From assembly GCA_951406725.2 (NCBI GenBank), contig OX597820.1:92504001-92568000 (forward strand): DNA of 64,000 bases. Reading direction: 5' to 3'. Shown one piece after another: positions 1 to 13,492 of this stretch (position 1 is its first letter; each line of letters begins with the position of its first letter). The stretch comes from Octopus vulgaris (lineage: Eukaryota). The position numbers and the translations under genes were made by a program. The notes under the pieces are model-generated. The model saw only the letters and a program-made list of their open reading frames with translations. It did no database searches and was not told where the DNA came from.

Positions 1-1519
1 CAATTTACCTTTTCTGTATTGTTATTCGAACGTCCGTGTGTCTTTGCAAATGTGTTGGAATGATAAGTGAGTTGTGATTTGGCGCCTTTTTTACTAATAA
101 CAAACACACACGTGTTTGTATGTAGTTGTTTGAAACGTTTGTGTTTGCCACTCTCATATATGTATGTGTATGCGTGTGTGTGAGGAATGACACACACACA
201 CACACTCACGCACGCACACATGTACATCAATGCTTTTATGAGCGTCATAGAGAGAAACAAATATTACATCGCCATCGCCATCGCATTCTATTTTCTACCT
301 GTCAACACACAGTGAATTAGTTTCAGTTTATTCATTGCACACTGTGTGTGTGCGTTTGCGTGTGCTGTAAACCAGACTAAGAAAAGCATTTGACACACAC
401 ACCAGAATGTGAGTTTTCTGTAAATTTTGCTTAATTGGAGTTTAAATTTTAAAAACTGGACCTGGCATGACGCGATGCATTGTACTCTTAAAACTGCTAG
501 GTAAATTGTAATTGAAGAAATCCTATATTGTAGATTTGTATAACTCCCAAAGGGAGGCAGATAAAATCTGCCTTTTATAATAAGAGATATATGTATATAT
601 ATATGTACATACATATCGTGCGTGTGTGTGTTTGTGTGTCTATGTTCATGTTGTAGTGTTTTATAAGAACGTGCGTATATATTTATGTACGTATGCACCT
701 ATTTCATCGAGTATGCCTTTGTGTGTTTACTTTCAAATATTAATATCAAAATTTAGATTTGAATATTTATAAAGCTTTATGTGCGTATAAAAAAATATAT
801 ATTTAATTATGTGTATGTGCGCGCGCGTATGTGTGTGAATATGTGAGTGTGTTAGTGCATGTATGTGTGTGCATATGTGAACGTGTGCGTGTTATTAAGT
901 GGGAGTATGTGTGTTCGCGTGTGCACTGAAACAGGAAGAGCCAGACAACAAACCTTGTATGAAGGATAGAGACTGATAGAACGTAACAAGCGTGAGTGAA
1001 ACAGCAGACTATACCCATGTTACAGCTGAAGGAATCGCAATAATATTAAGCTTCGTTCCATTAGTTCTTTTTTTTTTTTCTTTTTAGTATGTCGCTCTTC
1101 TAATTAATTACATGGTGAATTCAGTATGAAATTTCGAACACAAGTAAAATATATTGGATACGTTGTTGTTGAAATTATGATTCCAGTTTGTATGTGAAAC
1201 GATGTCCAAGACACGCAGGTGACAACAAACTAGAAAGATAACTAATAAACACACACTCACACACAGACACGATTACACGCACACACGAACACAAACGCAC
1301 ACACGCAAGCACAGACATGTGTATGTATATATATATATAGATAGGTAGATAGAGAGATAGATAGATACATACATACATAGACAGATAGATACATTATATA
1401 CTTATATATACATATTATGTATATATATATGTACATATATATACGTATATATATATGCATATATATGCATATATATACATATATATGCATATATGCATAT
1501 ATATATATATATATATATG

Positions 1520-1703
1520 TAGGTCCCGGGTTGATTCGGGGTTAACCACAGTAAGTAAGGTACTCAATACATAGCAGAGTAAAATTAATTTATTATATAG
1601 AAGGAGCTTCTACAGGACTAGTACTGTTTCATTCAAGAGAAATCTTCAGGAAGCTTCCTGAAGATTTCTCTTGAATGAAACAGTACTAGTCCTGTAAAGC
1701 TCC

Positions 1704-1712
<9 letters not shown>
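1520..1712 (-). mobile_element. Fold-back PLE pseudo-LTR or retrozyme-like fragment between (TA)n tracts
   Basis: Near-perfect palindrome 1594-1712 centred on AAG|CTT (1653/1654), with a 1-nt deletion in the right arm. The left arm extends uniquely to ~1520. Contains a hammerhead motif and has (TA)n on both sides. Confidence 0.7.
1605..1655 (-). ncRNA. Type I hammerhead ribozyme motif
   Basis: Minus strand reads AGCTTC-CTGAAGA-TTTCTCTTGAAT-GAAACAG-TACTAGTC-CTGTA-GAAGCT: 6-bp stem I, CUGANGA and GAAA core, stem III ACAG/CTGT, GUA cleavage triplet. Stem II has a non-canonical U-U closing pair. Confidence 0.7.
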
Positions 1713-1762
<50 letters not shown>

Positions 1763-2693
1763 TATATATATATAGTGTAATAAATATATGCATACATACA
1801 AACATATATGTACGTACCGACATCTACATGTATATATACATGCATATATATACGTACAGGACACCACAAAAAGACGTAAACCTCAACAGAAACGAAAACG
1901 GAAAAGCCATTTTGTTACAACAGAAGGACATAGACGTGGAACAGGACGAGAACGAAAACGGGAAAAACATTATTTACAACAGAAAAACAAGGTACAGGAC
2001 ATGCTACACAAGGAAAAATCCCCTTCATCAGCTGTCACTAGTAGACTTAAGCGTGTTGTGAAGGCAAGACAGGACACGAATAGTAAAAATTTAGATTCAG
2101 TTGAATATGGTACTTAAGTTAAAGGCACCAGAATTTAGTATGGTATTAGCCATATAATTCAAAATGGGGTCGTTATAATCAAAATAAGCAACAAGGATAT
2201 CCAGAGGTAATGTAGTACGATTGTTTCATGCGACTCTATTTAATTGAACAAGGCAAATATTACATCAGTTTTAAAATGTAGAGCAATCTTGAGCTGCATA
2301 AAAATATAGAATTTAGTTAAATTTAAAGGATTCACTTTTTTTAGTTATTCCATTAACCAAAATCACAAAGAGGGCAAGAAGGTAGACAGAGAACAGGTTT
2401 TTAATCAACAAAAACGTAGTAGTAACTGATATTTTTTCATGAAGACACTGCTTATCATTGATTTTACTTTGTTATTTAGATTTACTTCTGGGGAGGGGGT
2501 TTAAGACTAGTTTATCAGGTCTAGTGGAAAACAAGAATCTATTTTTTATAGATAGAGAAAACGACAGCACTTCTAAGCACTGCGCACATCCTTCGTCAAA
2601 TACATTCAATAGAGTGAAAACAAGAGTACAAATCCAAGGTGCACAGAACTGCGCTCGGTAGTACAGTGAAAGCACGTGATAAAAATGATACTA

Positions 2694-2900
<207 letters not shown>

Positions 2901-3910
2901 GGTAGGTTAACCCGAGAGCAATATCAGCAAAGAACATCTTCATGGGAATAAATCTGACTTGAATGGCAGCCCCCTACAGATGTTCTAGATAAAAACATTG
3001 GTAGTTGTGACAACTCACCATCACAGCCCTCTTCAGGTGGGCCGAACCCCTAAGGAAGATCTCTTGCGCGGAAAGTGTTGCATGGGGAGAAAGGTGAACC
3101 TGGTCGTTATCCAAATCCTGCTACAAATAAAGTGGGATAAAAACGACAATAGAACTATGAAGGAATGCTATTACAGAAGCGAGACTACTAAAATACCGGA
3201 AAAGAATGCGTAAATTTGAACAGAGAAAGGCATGTCCCTTATCGAAGGACCAAGCTGAACTTGAGCATCAAAATGCAGAATAAGAACAGGGATTAGCAGA
3301 GGGACCAGTAAATCCTCATAAATGAAACAACACCTCGAATAAAAGTAAAGTTTACTTTGTTGATAGAAAAACTGTTACAGAGGAAGAAGTTTACAACTAC
3401 ACCGGAATGATGTGAGAAATAGCGAAACAATGAAGCTCTCATCTCTGAGAAGAATCAAAAGATGGGAACTAAACGAAGTAGTGAAAAAGGACAAACTGTT
3501 AGCGAACATTTTCATTGAGATCGTAACAGGCTTTAACGACATTATATACTGCGCAGTGTGTATCGCTATTTAACTATTAGAGTTAAAAGCCAAAGAAAAA
3601 TATAGGACAAAGCCCTATGGTGTAAACGAAGGCTTGAGAACCAATCTGAGCAGCTCCAGGGAGGCCTTGGAAAGATAGGCGCAATAATAAAAGAAAGAAG
3701 ATTTTAGAGAAAGATAGAGCATGAACGAACTTAAATAAGTACAACATAAAACAAAAAGGACTGCATGTTGTTAAAGAGGAACTAAGACAAAATATCGAAG
3801 CAGTGGCGGGTAAAAAGAAAAAATGATTATAACTGAGAACAAATCAGTATCGGCAGAATAGACAACAACAAAAAAATTCTGTAAATGGCTGAACAATAAA
3901 GATGATCATC
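2901..3910 (+). mobile_element. Decayed 5' part of a Dong/R4-clade non-LTR retrotransposon
   Basis: Broken frames give KWDKNDNRTMKECYYRS, WCKRRLENQSEQLQ and EELRQNIEAVAGK..QYRQNR, resembling the N-terminal region of R4/Dong ORFs. Starts directly after (AAT)n. Confidence 0.6.
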
Positions 3911-5289
3911 AGGACCCTTCAAGGAAGTGCCCCACCATATTGTCGGGATGTTTTCGTTCCGGCAACTTGGCGATTCGACATAAGGTTAGAGCAGAATAAC
4001 TACATCGTTTTATCCACGAGTACTGGTGTATAGTAGTTCGAGAAAAACCCGCTAAATCTGTGTAGTCCGACATGGATGGAAGTTTCAATGACTGAAACAA
4101 GTAAAGTTAAAATGTGTGTGTGTGTGTCTGTATCTGTGTGTGTGTGTGCGTGTGTGTGTGTGTGTATCTGTGTGTGTGTGCGTGTACGTATATGCGTGTT
4201 GTGTGTATGTTCGCACTCTCCTGGAAACGCAGAATTTAGGAAAATTAAGCTGGCCTACAGCAGGAAAAATTGTTTTTATTGTGAACTATAAAGTGTGAGG
4301 TAACGTATTTTCTAATCATTCGAACCTTGCCCTCCACAGAGAAAGTGAGAAAAAATATTTTGTGCGTGATTCTAGCGCATTGAAGCCTGAAAAATTAGTT
4401 ATACATTTCTGCAATTATGTGTAGAGAAGTGAAAGATAAGGGAGTGGTACGTCAATTGGTGCTTCGCTCAATGTGCTTTTCAATACAAATTTTTCAAAGA
4501 AAAATATTTCTCCCAAGACAAAAATAAAAGCGATAAACAGCAAAGGATTTTCACGTGCTAGCCACTGGAACGTGTTAAACGTAAAAGACTTTCTCATATT
4601 CACGAGTGTCAAACTAATACACCTATATGTGTGTGTGTGTATTAGTGTGTTGTTCTTGTTGTTGTTATTATTATTATTAGTAGTAGTAGTATTGCTGTTG
4701 TTGTTGTTGTTGTTGTTGCTATTATTATTATTATTATTATTATTATTATGATGATGATGATGATGATGATCAAATGCCTCGCCGATTTATGTATTTGCAT
4801 TAAATTAATTCCAGCTTGGGAAGACAAACAGAAAACAGTGAACCTATTGTTTACTGTTTCGCATACACATAGAAACAGATATTCCGGTTCCGAAACAGCT
4901 TCCGTGTGTCTATCATTAATGAAACAAAATCACTCTGAACCTCTGCGTTTTATAGCCTCATGGCGTCTATCAAATCTATGGTCGATGTATCAATATTTTC
5001 ACTCGCTAAGTAAAAAAATTTTTCTCCAAGACAAAATCTTGCAGCGAATGACTTTTACCTCCAAGTGAATAATGGCTTATTAAATAAGAATCTACGCACT
5101 TCATTTTTCTATTCTCACTCTCACTCACTCTCTCTTTTTCTCTTTCTCACACACCCTCTCCCCATCTCCCTCTCTCTCTCTCTGTATGTATTTATAATCA
5201 TGTGTACACAAACAGAAAAACGCTAACATACATACATACATACATACATGCATCGATACATACATATATACATTTAATCGTATGATTTC

Positions 5290-5483
5290 AAAAGTTGGTA
5301 CAGACCCAACAGTATCTGAGGGGCGGAGGAAGCCGATTTTTCAATATCATTACTTGATTGCGACTTATTTTATCGACTCCTCGGCGGAGTCAACCTCGGA
5401 GGAATTTGAATCCGGAACAGAATGACGGACGAAATGCCACTAAGCATTTTAGCTGGGGTCGTAAAAGTTCTGCCAGCTCGCCA
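5290..5483 (-). mobile_element. tRNA-derived SINE family A, diverged copy
   Basis: Reverse complement begins GGCGAGCTGGCAGAA and aligns by eye to the 5562-5790 copy. Confidence 0.75.
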
Positions 5484-5561
5484 CATTACACACACACAAA
5501 CACACATATACACGCACGCACACACACGCACGGACACACATATATATATATACATATATAA

Positions 5562-5790
5562 GGCGGCGAGCTGGCAGAAACGTTAGCACGCCGGGCGAAA
5601 TGCGTAGCCGTATTTCGTCTGCCGTTACGTTCTGAGTTCAAATTCCGCCGAGGTCGACTTTACCTTTCATCCATTCGGGGTCGATAAATTAAGTACCAGT
5701 TACGCACTGGGGTTGATGTAATCGGCTTAATCCGTTTGTCTGTCTTTGTTTGTCCCCTCTACGTTTAGCCCCTTGTGGGCAGTAAAGAAA
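5562..5790 (+). mobile_element. tRNA-derived SINE family A, well-preserved copy
   Basis: GGCGGCGAGCTGGCAGAA head, B-box-like GAGTTCAAATTCC. Homologous copies at 22655, 31782, 45801 and 51155. Confidence 0.85.
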
Positions 5791-6209
5791 TATATATATA
5801 CATATACGTGCTTATAAACATACATATATGGACGTAGGAGACCATATTTATTAATCCATCGTAATTTTTAATAACTTCAATATCGTTGCCGTTTTGCTTT
5901 TGTGAGTTTTACTTCACATTGTCGGATACCAAATATATTCTTAATTGTATATCCAAATCCAGGAAATAAACAAATAGCTTGCTAGCATTGTCATATCTCT
6001 AGTTGTGTGCAATAAATCCATTTGCACATTCGTGTATAGTATGACAAATGTTTCCAATAAATAATAAATATTGAATCTTCACAAGGAACAATAGTAATTA
6101 ATTAACAACGATAAGACAATAGCGAAATTCATGTCCATTAAATTTACATGCATAAAGCAATCCAACTACATGTTAATTAATTAGCATTTATATAAATATA
6201 TATATATAT

Positions 6210-6890
6210 AGTATCAGGTTTGATAATCAACAAAAAAAAGTATACACCATCAGCTATAGGCGTTTAGAGATTTTCAACGTGATTACAAATATAGATTTTT
6301 ATCATAAGTGCAGTTAACTGCAGTTTCACAGACCATGTCCTTTATATAATGATAACTTCAAAATTATAATGTTTCCGAAATCGTTAAGGTACATAATTCT
6401 TAGGCACCAGGTGTTAGGTATTTCTTGTTAATAACGCAATGAGAAGGAAAATTTCATATTACTAATAATAAGGAAAATATAACAAAGAATGAATATAGAA
6501 CGAAATTTTAGAAGTATAGCCTAAAGTCGGGGGCGGGAACGTATCAAATAAGAAAGGAAGGAAATTAAAGAAAAAAAAGAAAAATTCAGAAGTAAATAAA
6601 AGAAGATAAGTGAAAAAGATCGGTGATAGACGTACACATGTAAATAAAATTGTGGGGCTCTCTGTGAAAAGTAAGCAATGGCCGACTTATGTAACAGTAG
6701 TGTTTCTCATAGTGTTTGCATTTCCCGAACGTTCAGAAAGAGAGATTTAGATATCAAATTGAGGCCAGACATATACATACATCATTTCTTTTTGCATAGG
6801 GTTACGTTCTTCGTTTGCATGCTGTTCAATGTTCATCTTCGTATCCCTTTTGTATGGGTTAATACTGCTTTGTCTTCTATGATATATATA
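6210..6890 (-). mobile_element. Decayed 3' end of a Penelope-like element with degenerate hammerhead
   Basis: Minus-strand broken frames PYKRDTK..LC.. and LNLSF*TFGKCKHYEKH resemble the PLE C-terminal LNxRxE..KCRH motif. Downstream CTTATGA...TAAAC (6251-6315) is a hammerhead core with two substitutions. Short (TA)n on both flanks. Confidence 0.45.
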
Positions 6891-7660
6891 TAGATACACC
6901 CTCTACATAGATTTGCATGCGGAAATTAAAGATAAACCACCGGAAACATCATGAACCATACAAGCATTGATTTGTGAAATTTTGAAATTCGTAAGACACT
7001 AGTTACATTTAATGTGAAGTTAATTACCTCTCCTGTGCTACTCCTCATTTCTTATGTTTATTTTCTTTTTCTATCTTTCATGTGCGTGTTCATTCCAACG
7101 ACGATTATATCTAACGCAGTTACTAAAACATCTTGTTTTAGAAATGCCGAAATAAATTAATATTTAAACCAGGAAACCCTCGGTAGCTCTATTGCACATG
7201 GCTTGTAGTTTATATTATAATAATGTGTGTGTGTGTGTGTCTGGATATATGTGTTTGTGTGTGTGTCTCTGTTTCTCTGTGTGTGTGTATGTATATATTT
7301 GTGTGTGTGAGTGAGTGAGTGTTTATGATGAAGAACAACTATATATTTTCCATCTTATTTACTATTATGTGCTAGCAGTTCTTTAAATCATCTCATTTCT
7401 TAACTGAGGTGGTTTGCAGGAAGCTATACTTAGATAACATTTATTTCGCAAAGGCAAATTGTTTCCGCTTCCATTAATATGTATGATTCTAACACGGTAG
7501 GTTTCCTATTCTCAACAGAGCAATGCGACTTAAATGATAATAACACAAACACTTAATACAATGTAGAGACAATTTATACACAGAAACATACAAACATACA
7601 AAACATATTACATATACAAAGGCGATATTCATACATACATATATCTGTGCTAAGTATATC

Positions 7661-7845
7661 GGCGCAGGTGTGGTTGTCTGGTAAGAAGCTTGCTTCGCAA
7701 TGACATTGTCCCGGGTTCAGTACCACTGCAATTCCCTGGCTATAAAAACAGATGGACCGGATCGATTCTTTCGACTAAAGATTTCTCTAGGTGGTATCTC
7801 GGCGTGGCCGCAGTCTAATTACTGATACATCTAAAAGATAAAAGA
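7661..7845 (+). mobile_element. tRNA-derived SINE family B, internally deleted
   Basis: GGCGCAGGTGTGGTTGTCTGGTAAGAAGCTTG..GGGTTCAGTACC head joined to the family B 3' end; compare with 44425-44886. Confidence 0.7.
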
Positions 7846-7886
7846 CACATATACATATTTATGTGTATATCATTTATCTTTATATT

Positions 7887-7932
<46 letters not shown>

Positions 7933-8232
7933 TGTGTGTGGGGGTGAGCACGCGTGTGTGTACTATATAAATGAGTGCTATATAGTTCTCTGTGTGTCTC
8001 TTTGTCTTTTTTCAGTTTCCCCATTCTCTATATATTTACCAGTCTCTTTCAGTCCTTTTCTGTAACAGTTACATCGCTCACGCTTGTGTGTGTAAGTTAG
8101 CATGTGTGTGAGTGTGTGTGCGTTCGTATGTGTGTGTGTGCGCGCATGTCGGTGTGTGTGTATGCATGTGTGTAAACAATTTCATTAACGCAACAGTGTC
8201 GATGGACCCTCCGAATGTGTGTGTGTGTGTGT

Positions 8233-8285
<53 letters not shown>

Positions 8286-8820
8286 CACACACATATAGAT
8301 CACTGGACATTTCAAATATAAGTCTTTTCATAAAAATACTTCTTGGAAAAGGTTTTTTTTCTTTTTATTAGATTTGATAATTGTATCCCTTCGAATGGCC
8401 ATCATCTCGTTCTTTACACTGCTGACTACTTTTAAAATAGTGTTTGAACACCATTTGTAATGTATTTTGGTTTATTCCTACAATTCCGTCTCCTTCGCTT
8501 GCCGGATTATCCGAGGTTTGTTAGATATTCCCACAAGAAAAGTCTGGAGCCATTTTAATCAGGTGAGTGAATTTAGAGTTTCTTTATCTGAACAGCCTAC
8601 ACTAGCCGTACGTGATAATCTCCAGGCATCATTTCCTGAGCTCGCTACACTTCAGATGGGAATAAATTCCTTTTCTTTTTAATCCTCTGCATTTAACTTC
8701 GCTATATGCCCAGCTGCAGGTATTGTTTTCGGGTTGATGTTGTAGGATCTTCTTGAATATTCCACTGTGCACGATGAATGTTGTCTTCTGAGACTTCCAT
8801 GAATGTGCCCTTCACACATA

Positions 8821-10050
8821 TTAGGTTGTCAAGAAAGTTCTTGTGGAAGTTTTAATGTTGGTTTTAAATGATGTATTTTCAAATTATTTTTTGTTAAATT
8901 ACTTTGACTTTATATATCATTTTAAAGCCCGTTTTTCGCTCTAGCTGATCGTGTTACTCTTTCTCTTTTTGAATAATTAGGCCATTTTTTTCCCCCGGAA
9001 CGTTGAATACAACATGGACAAAAAATGCAAATTCGCACAATTTTATTATTCCAGTTCAAGCTAGTCCGAAAAAGTGCTGAAACCGTTCGCAATATCAACG
9101 ATGTGTATGGCTCAGGAACCACTAATGAACGTACAGCACAATGGTGGTTCAAGAAATTTCCTAGCGGTGACTAGAGTCTTGAAGATGATAAGCGTAGCGG
9201 TCGGCCATTGGATGTTGACAACGATCAGCTAAGAGCCTTAGTCGAAGCCAATCCACACACAACTGTTGGAGAGCTTGCTTCTGAATTAGACGTAACGTAT
9301 ACAATTTCCGACCACTAAATATTGATTGGAAAAACAAAAATACTTCAGATATGGGTGCCGCACGAATTGAACGACAACCAAAAGAACGCAACAAGAACGA
9401 CCCGTTTCTCGACCGGATTGTGAATTGCGATGAAAAGTGGATTCTTTACGACAACCGGCGACGCTCAGCTCAGTGGTTGGATGCCGACGAAGCTCCACAG
9501 CACTTCCCGAAGCCAAAGTTGCACCTGAAGAAGGACATGGTGTCCGTTTGGTGGTCTGCAGCCGGTCTCATCCATCACAGCTTTTTTGGATCCTGGCGAA
9601 ACCATTACGGCGGAGAAATAATGTCAGCAAATGGATGAAATGCATAAGAAACACCGACAAGAGCCAGCATTGGTCAATAGAAAAGGACCAATTCTTCTCC
9701 ATGACAACGCTCGGCCGTACGTCGCACAACTGACCCTGCAGAAATTGAACGGACTGAGCTACGAAAATCTGCCTCATCTGCCATTCTCACCAGACCTCTT
9801 GCCTACCGACTACCACTTTTTCAAGCATCTCGACAACTTCCTGCGTGAGAAATGCTTCAAAAACCAAGACGATGCCAAACACGCCTTCAACGACTTCATC
9901 GCCACCAGAACGCAGGATTTTTACGCTACTGGCATAAATAAACTTGTTTCACGTTGGCAAACGTGCGTTGATTCTGATGGTGTTTATTTCGATTAATAAA
10001 GAGCCGAGATATATGCATTAGAATTTAAAGGTCAAAAACCGCAAGAACTT
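8821..10050 (+). mobile_element. Mariner (DD34D) transposon with pseudogenised transposase at 9014-9996
   Basis: Motifs WVPHEL, CDEKW, HDNARP and FSPDLLPTDYHFF spread over frameshifted ORFs. Left TIR TTAGGTTGTCAAGAAAGTTCTTG follows a TA; partial right TIR AAAAACCGCAAGAACTT. Confidence 0.93.
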
Positions 10051-10999
10051 ATGTGGTGGTTGATTAACCTGAAAATGTCAATGGTAAGCGCTTTGAGTTA
10101 GCAAAATTCACCACTAATATTTGTTCATAAAATTTAATTATACTTACTTCTTGCTTTGTCAGTAATTTCTCTATATTCATTTTCCAAAAATTACATGTCA
10201 ATAATCAGACACGACAAAAGAAAGGAAAAAATTAATTGTAAAATATTTATTATAGTTTAAAATGGTCTACTGACTTTTCGGCTACCTTGTATGTGTGTGT
10301 GTGTGTGTGTGTGTGTGCGTTCGCGCGTGTCTGCGTGTGTGTGTGTCCGTCTGTCTGTTAGTATATGTGTTTCTCTGTGTCTCTGTGTCTCTGTGTGTCT
10401 GTGTGCGTGTGTTCAATTTATGGAACATATAACACAGGTCGGGTTTCATCCGACTCGGGTTCCGAAAAAATGAAGCATTATTATTATATTACATATTTTT
10501 CCATACATTTTCTACTTGTAATTCGGATATTATTTGCTGTTTTCGCTCTGGAAGATAGTGACCATTACCCTTTAAAGCGCGTTTATGGCAGTTGAAAAGG
10601 CAAGGAACGGCATCTTAAACCACCAAGTATTCCAAAGACGTGCCCTTAATTCTTGCAAAAAAGGATTCTCTGCTTAAGTTACCTAAAACTTATCGTGTGA
10701 AACGGACGACGTATTAAATGTGGCACTCGATTAAGCCGGAGTGCCATTTGAACTGAGAACGCAAAGAGCTGGAAAAATTCTGCAAGGTATTTCTTTCGGC
10801 GCTTTGATGATTTCACCAAAGCTGTATCGACGCTGGAAGTGTTAAAGGCAAATTCACTAAGGTGGGATATAAAGCCAAGACAAAAGTAGTCAGAAAAAAG
10901 ACAGCAAGGTACTTTTATAATGATTCTTTTACATAGCTGATATATACCGTGAAAGATATAAAGTAATGCATAAATACGAACAACAATTCTACATAATAC

Positions 11000-11632
11000 T
11001 AAAGCATGGGTCATGAATGCGGAAGACACGCGAAGGCCTGAAAGGAATGAGGCTAGTAGTCTTCGCTGGATGTATAATGTAAATGTACATGTGCAACAGA
11101 GTGTTAGTGTATTGAGAAAGAAGTTTATAGAAATTAGATGCAAAGTGTAAGAAAGATGACTGCGCTAGTTTGGTCATGTGATGTGGATGAATGCCAACAG
11201 CTCCATAAAGAAGTGCCGTTCACTCAAAATAGATGGAACTCGTGGTAGAGGGTGACGCAGGGAGACATGGGGTGAAGTACTGAGGGCGAACTCATAACGT
11301 TGAAACTTACAGACGACATGACAAAGGAATGAGATATTTGGCACCTTGATGTACTTAAGAAGAACTAACTTCCACAATAGAAGTGTTAAGACCGCATCCC
11401 CTGATGAAAGGAATTGACCTGCAAGAGTTTCGAGTCCATGTCACGTAAAAAGCATTGGTGCCAGTTCCACGTAAGAGGTCTCGTGCTGGTGCCACGTAAA
11501 AAGCACCGAACACATGTTGTAAAGTGGTTGACGTCAGGAAGAACATTCAGCCGAAGAAGCAAAGCCAAATTAGATTAAAATCTGATTCAGCTCTCCGGCT
11601 TACCAACCAGCATGGAAAATCGACATTAAAGG
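11000..11632 (+). mobile_element. Decayed RTE-clade LINE 3' end with 3' UTR
   Basis: Translates to AWVMNAEDTRRPERNEASSLRWM..LR*FGHVMWM..DGTRGRG*RRETW (RTE LRWFGHV / GxRxRGRP motifs), followed by GTGCCACGTAAAAAGCA-type short repeats. Confidence 0.75.
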
Positions 11633-11701
11633 ATGCTGCATTCGACATTAAAGGCCTAGTGGGAAAAAATTAAATAGTCATAGACCATTTATAAGTTCAA
11701 C

Positions 11702-11930
11702 ATCACAATCAAGGAACGGCCATAATAGGCCATTCACCCACTAGAAATAACAGCCAAAGCTTCAACCGCAAAATAACATTAATTCCGCAAACCAGGAGAA
11801 AATTAAAAAACATTACAGGGTAAATGTTTTTTAATTTTCTCCTGGTTTGCGGAATTAATGTTATTTTGCGGTTGAAGCTTTGGCTGTTATTTCTAGTGGG
11901 TGAATGGCCTATTATGGCCGTTCCTTGATT

Positions 11931-11935
<5 letters not shown>
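11702..11935. repeat. Perfect 113-bp inverted repeat with an 8-nt loop
   Basis: 11702-11814 is the reverse complement of 11823-11935; loop ACAGGGTA; abuts (TA)n on the right. Confidence 0.95.
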
Positions 11936-11965
<30 letters not shown>

Positions 11966-12103
11966 AGAGAAAGAGAGAGAGAGAGACAGAAAGAGGAGTT
12001 ATACAGGCAACATACATTGTTAGATTAGTTAAAGGGAAACAGAGAAACAGAAAGACAGACAGGTAGACAGACTGACAGATAGCAGATAGACAGACAAACA
12101 AAC

Positions 12104-12185
12104 AGGTAGGTAGGTAGGTAGGTAGGTAGGTAGGTAGGTAGGTAGGTTGGTAGGTAGGTAGGTAGGTAGGTAGGTAGGTAGGTAA
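12104..12185. repeat. (AGGT)n tetranucleotide microsatellite
   Basis: Directly visible. Confidence 0.95.
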
Positions 12186-13233
12186 GAAGGGAGGCGCGGA
12201 GGGAAAGAGTATGGAAGGGAGATACAAATATATACATACGTATACATATATTGAAATATGGTGACGAATAGGACTTCGGATAGAATTCGATCCAACAGTC
12301 TGTGCTTTGAGTTAAAGTCACATCGAGGTCATATTTGCCTTTCCTATATTCGAGTTATTAGTTTAGGGCAGAAGACGGGCCAAAACTTTCAGAGTATCTG
12401 GCAATTTGCCTTACGAGGTCTTTTCCGTTTTTTTCACGTTCTGACAGTAACATATCGAGGCCACTGATGCCAATTTGCATCCATCTAAGTTGGCGACTTT
12501 TCCCTTAGATAATATAGGAGTCGTTGGGAAGGGTGATTTCCATGCATGGATAACTGCCAGCCTTACTCAAAAACCGTTCCATGTCTATTTCTACAGTTGC
12601 AGAGGAATGATTAACTATGGATAACGCATTAACCTATCTCCCGTAATATAATGGAATATATAACGGAGAGTATACATCCTGCGAAATATTATATACTAAA
12701 AGATAATAAAATGTATTATAAAGTATATAACAACACACAAATGTAGCCAGATATACATAACACGTATAAGTAATAATATTTAAAATTGAATATATGACGC
12801 TGTACGTTACAAAACATGAAATGAAATATTTATGAAATAAGTATTGGAGTATTGAAAGGATATATATTACAATGTGCTGTAGAATATATATAATTAAATA
12901 TATATTAGAAATTTTCGTTTCATTTGTATTTTCAGATGGCTGCCAACAACAGAATTTCAGGATACACGTGAAGAAGCAGCTGTTTTCATCACGAAAATTC
13001 TAGATTCCACTCGAGTCGGCTTAATTTATGTAAATGTGAAGCTGTAATATCTATGCCTTCTCACTAAAGCAGCACAGAAGTGGGCAAGTCAACGACTTGA
13101 ATTACAATTTAAACAAACATATTCGAGTCTGTGAGACAAGAGTTTACATGAAAGCCATGTAACCAACTATACTATCAATCTATTTATCTGTATACCTATT
13201 TATAATATATATATATTTATTTATATATATATA

Positions 13234-13297
<64 letters not shown>

Positions 13298-13315
13298 TAC
13301 ATATATATATATAAT

Positions 13316-13368
<53 letters not shown>

Positions 13369-13373
13369 ATATA

Positions 13374-13492
13374 AACTGCTAAAAGGTAATTTAGCTGCAG
13401 TTACCGTGGAGAAAATCTCTCTTACGGGGAAAAAGTGTCATAAGAGAGACATTTTCTCTACGGCAACTGCCGTGATTTTGCTTTTAGCAGTT
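13374..13492. repeat. Imperfect (older) inverted repeat between TA/TG microsatellites
   Basis: AACTGCTAAAAG..GCAGTTACCGTGGAGAAAAT-CTCTCTTA pairs with TAAGAGAG..ATTTTCTCTACGGCAACTGC..CTTTTAGCAGTT. Confidence 0.8.

Noticed and set aside
1858-2065. CTGATGA-AGGGG on the minus strand near 2021-2031 as a hammerhead
   Set aside because: No correctly placed GAAA box (ACAAC at the expected site). At best a decayed PLE-associated repeat.
5562-5650. tRNA gene
   Set aside because: A and B-box-like motifs belong to multi-copy SINE heads; no cloverleaf or anticodon arm can be formed.
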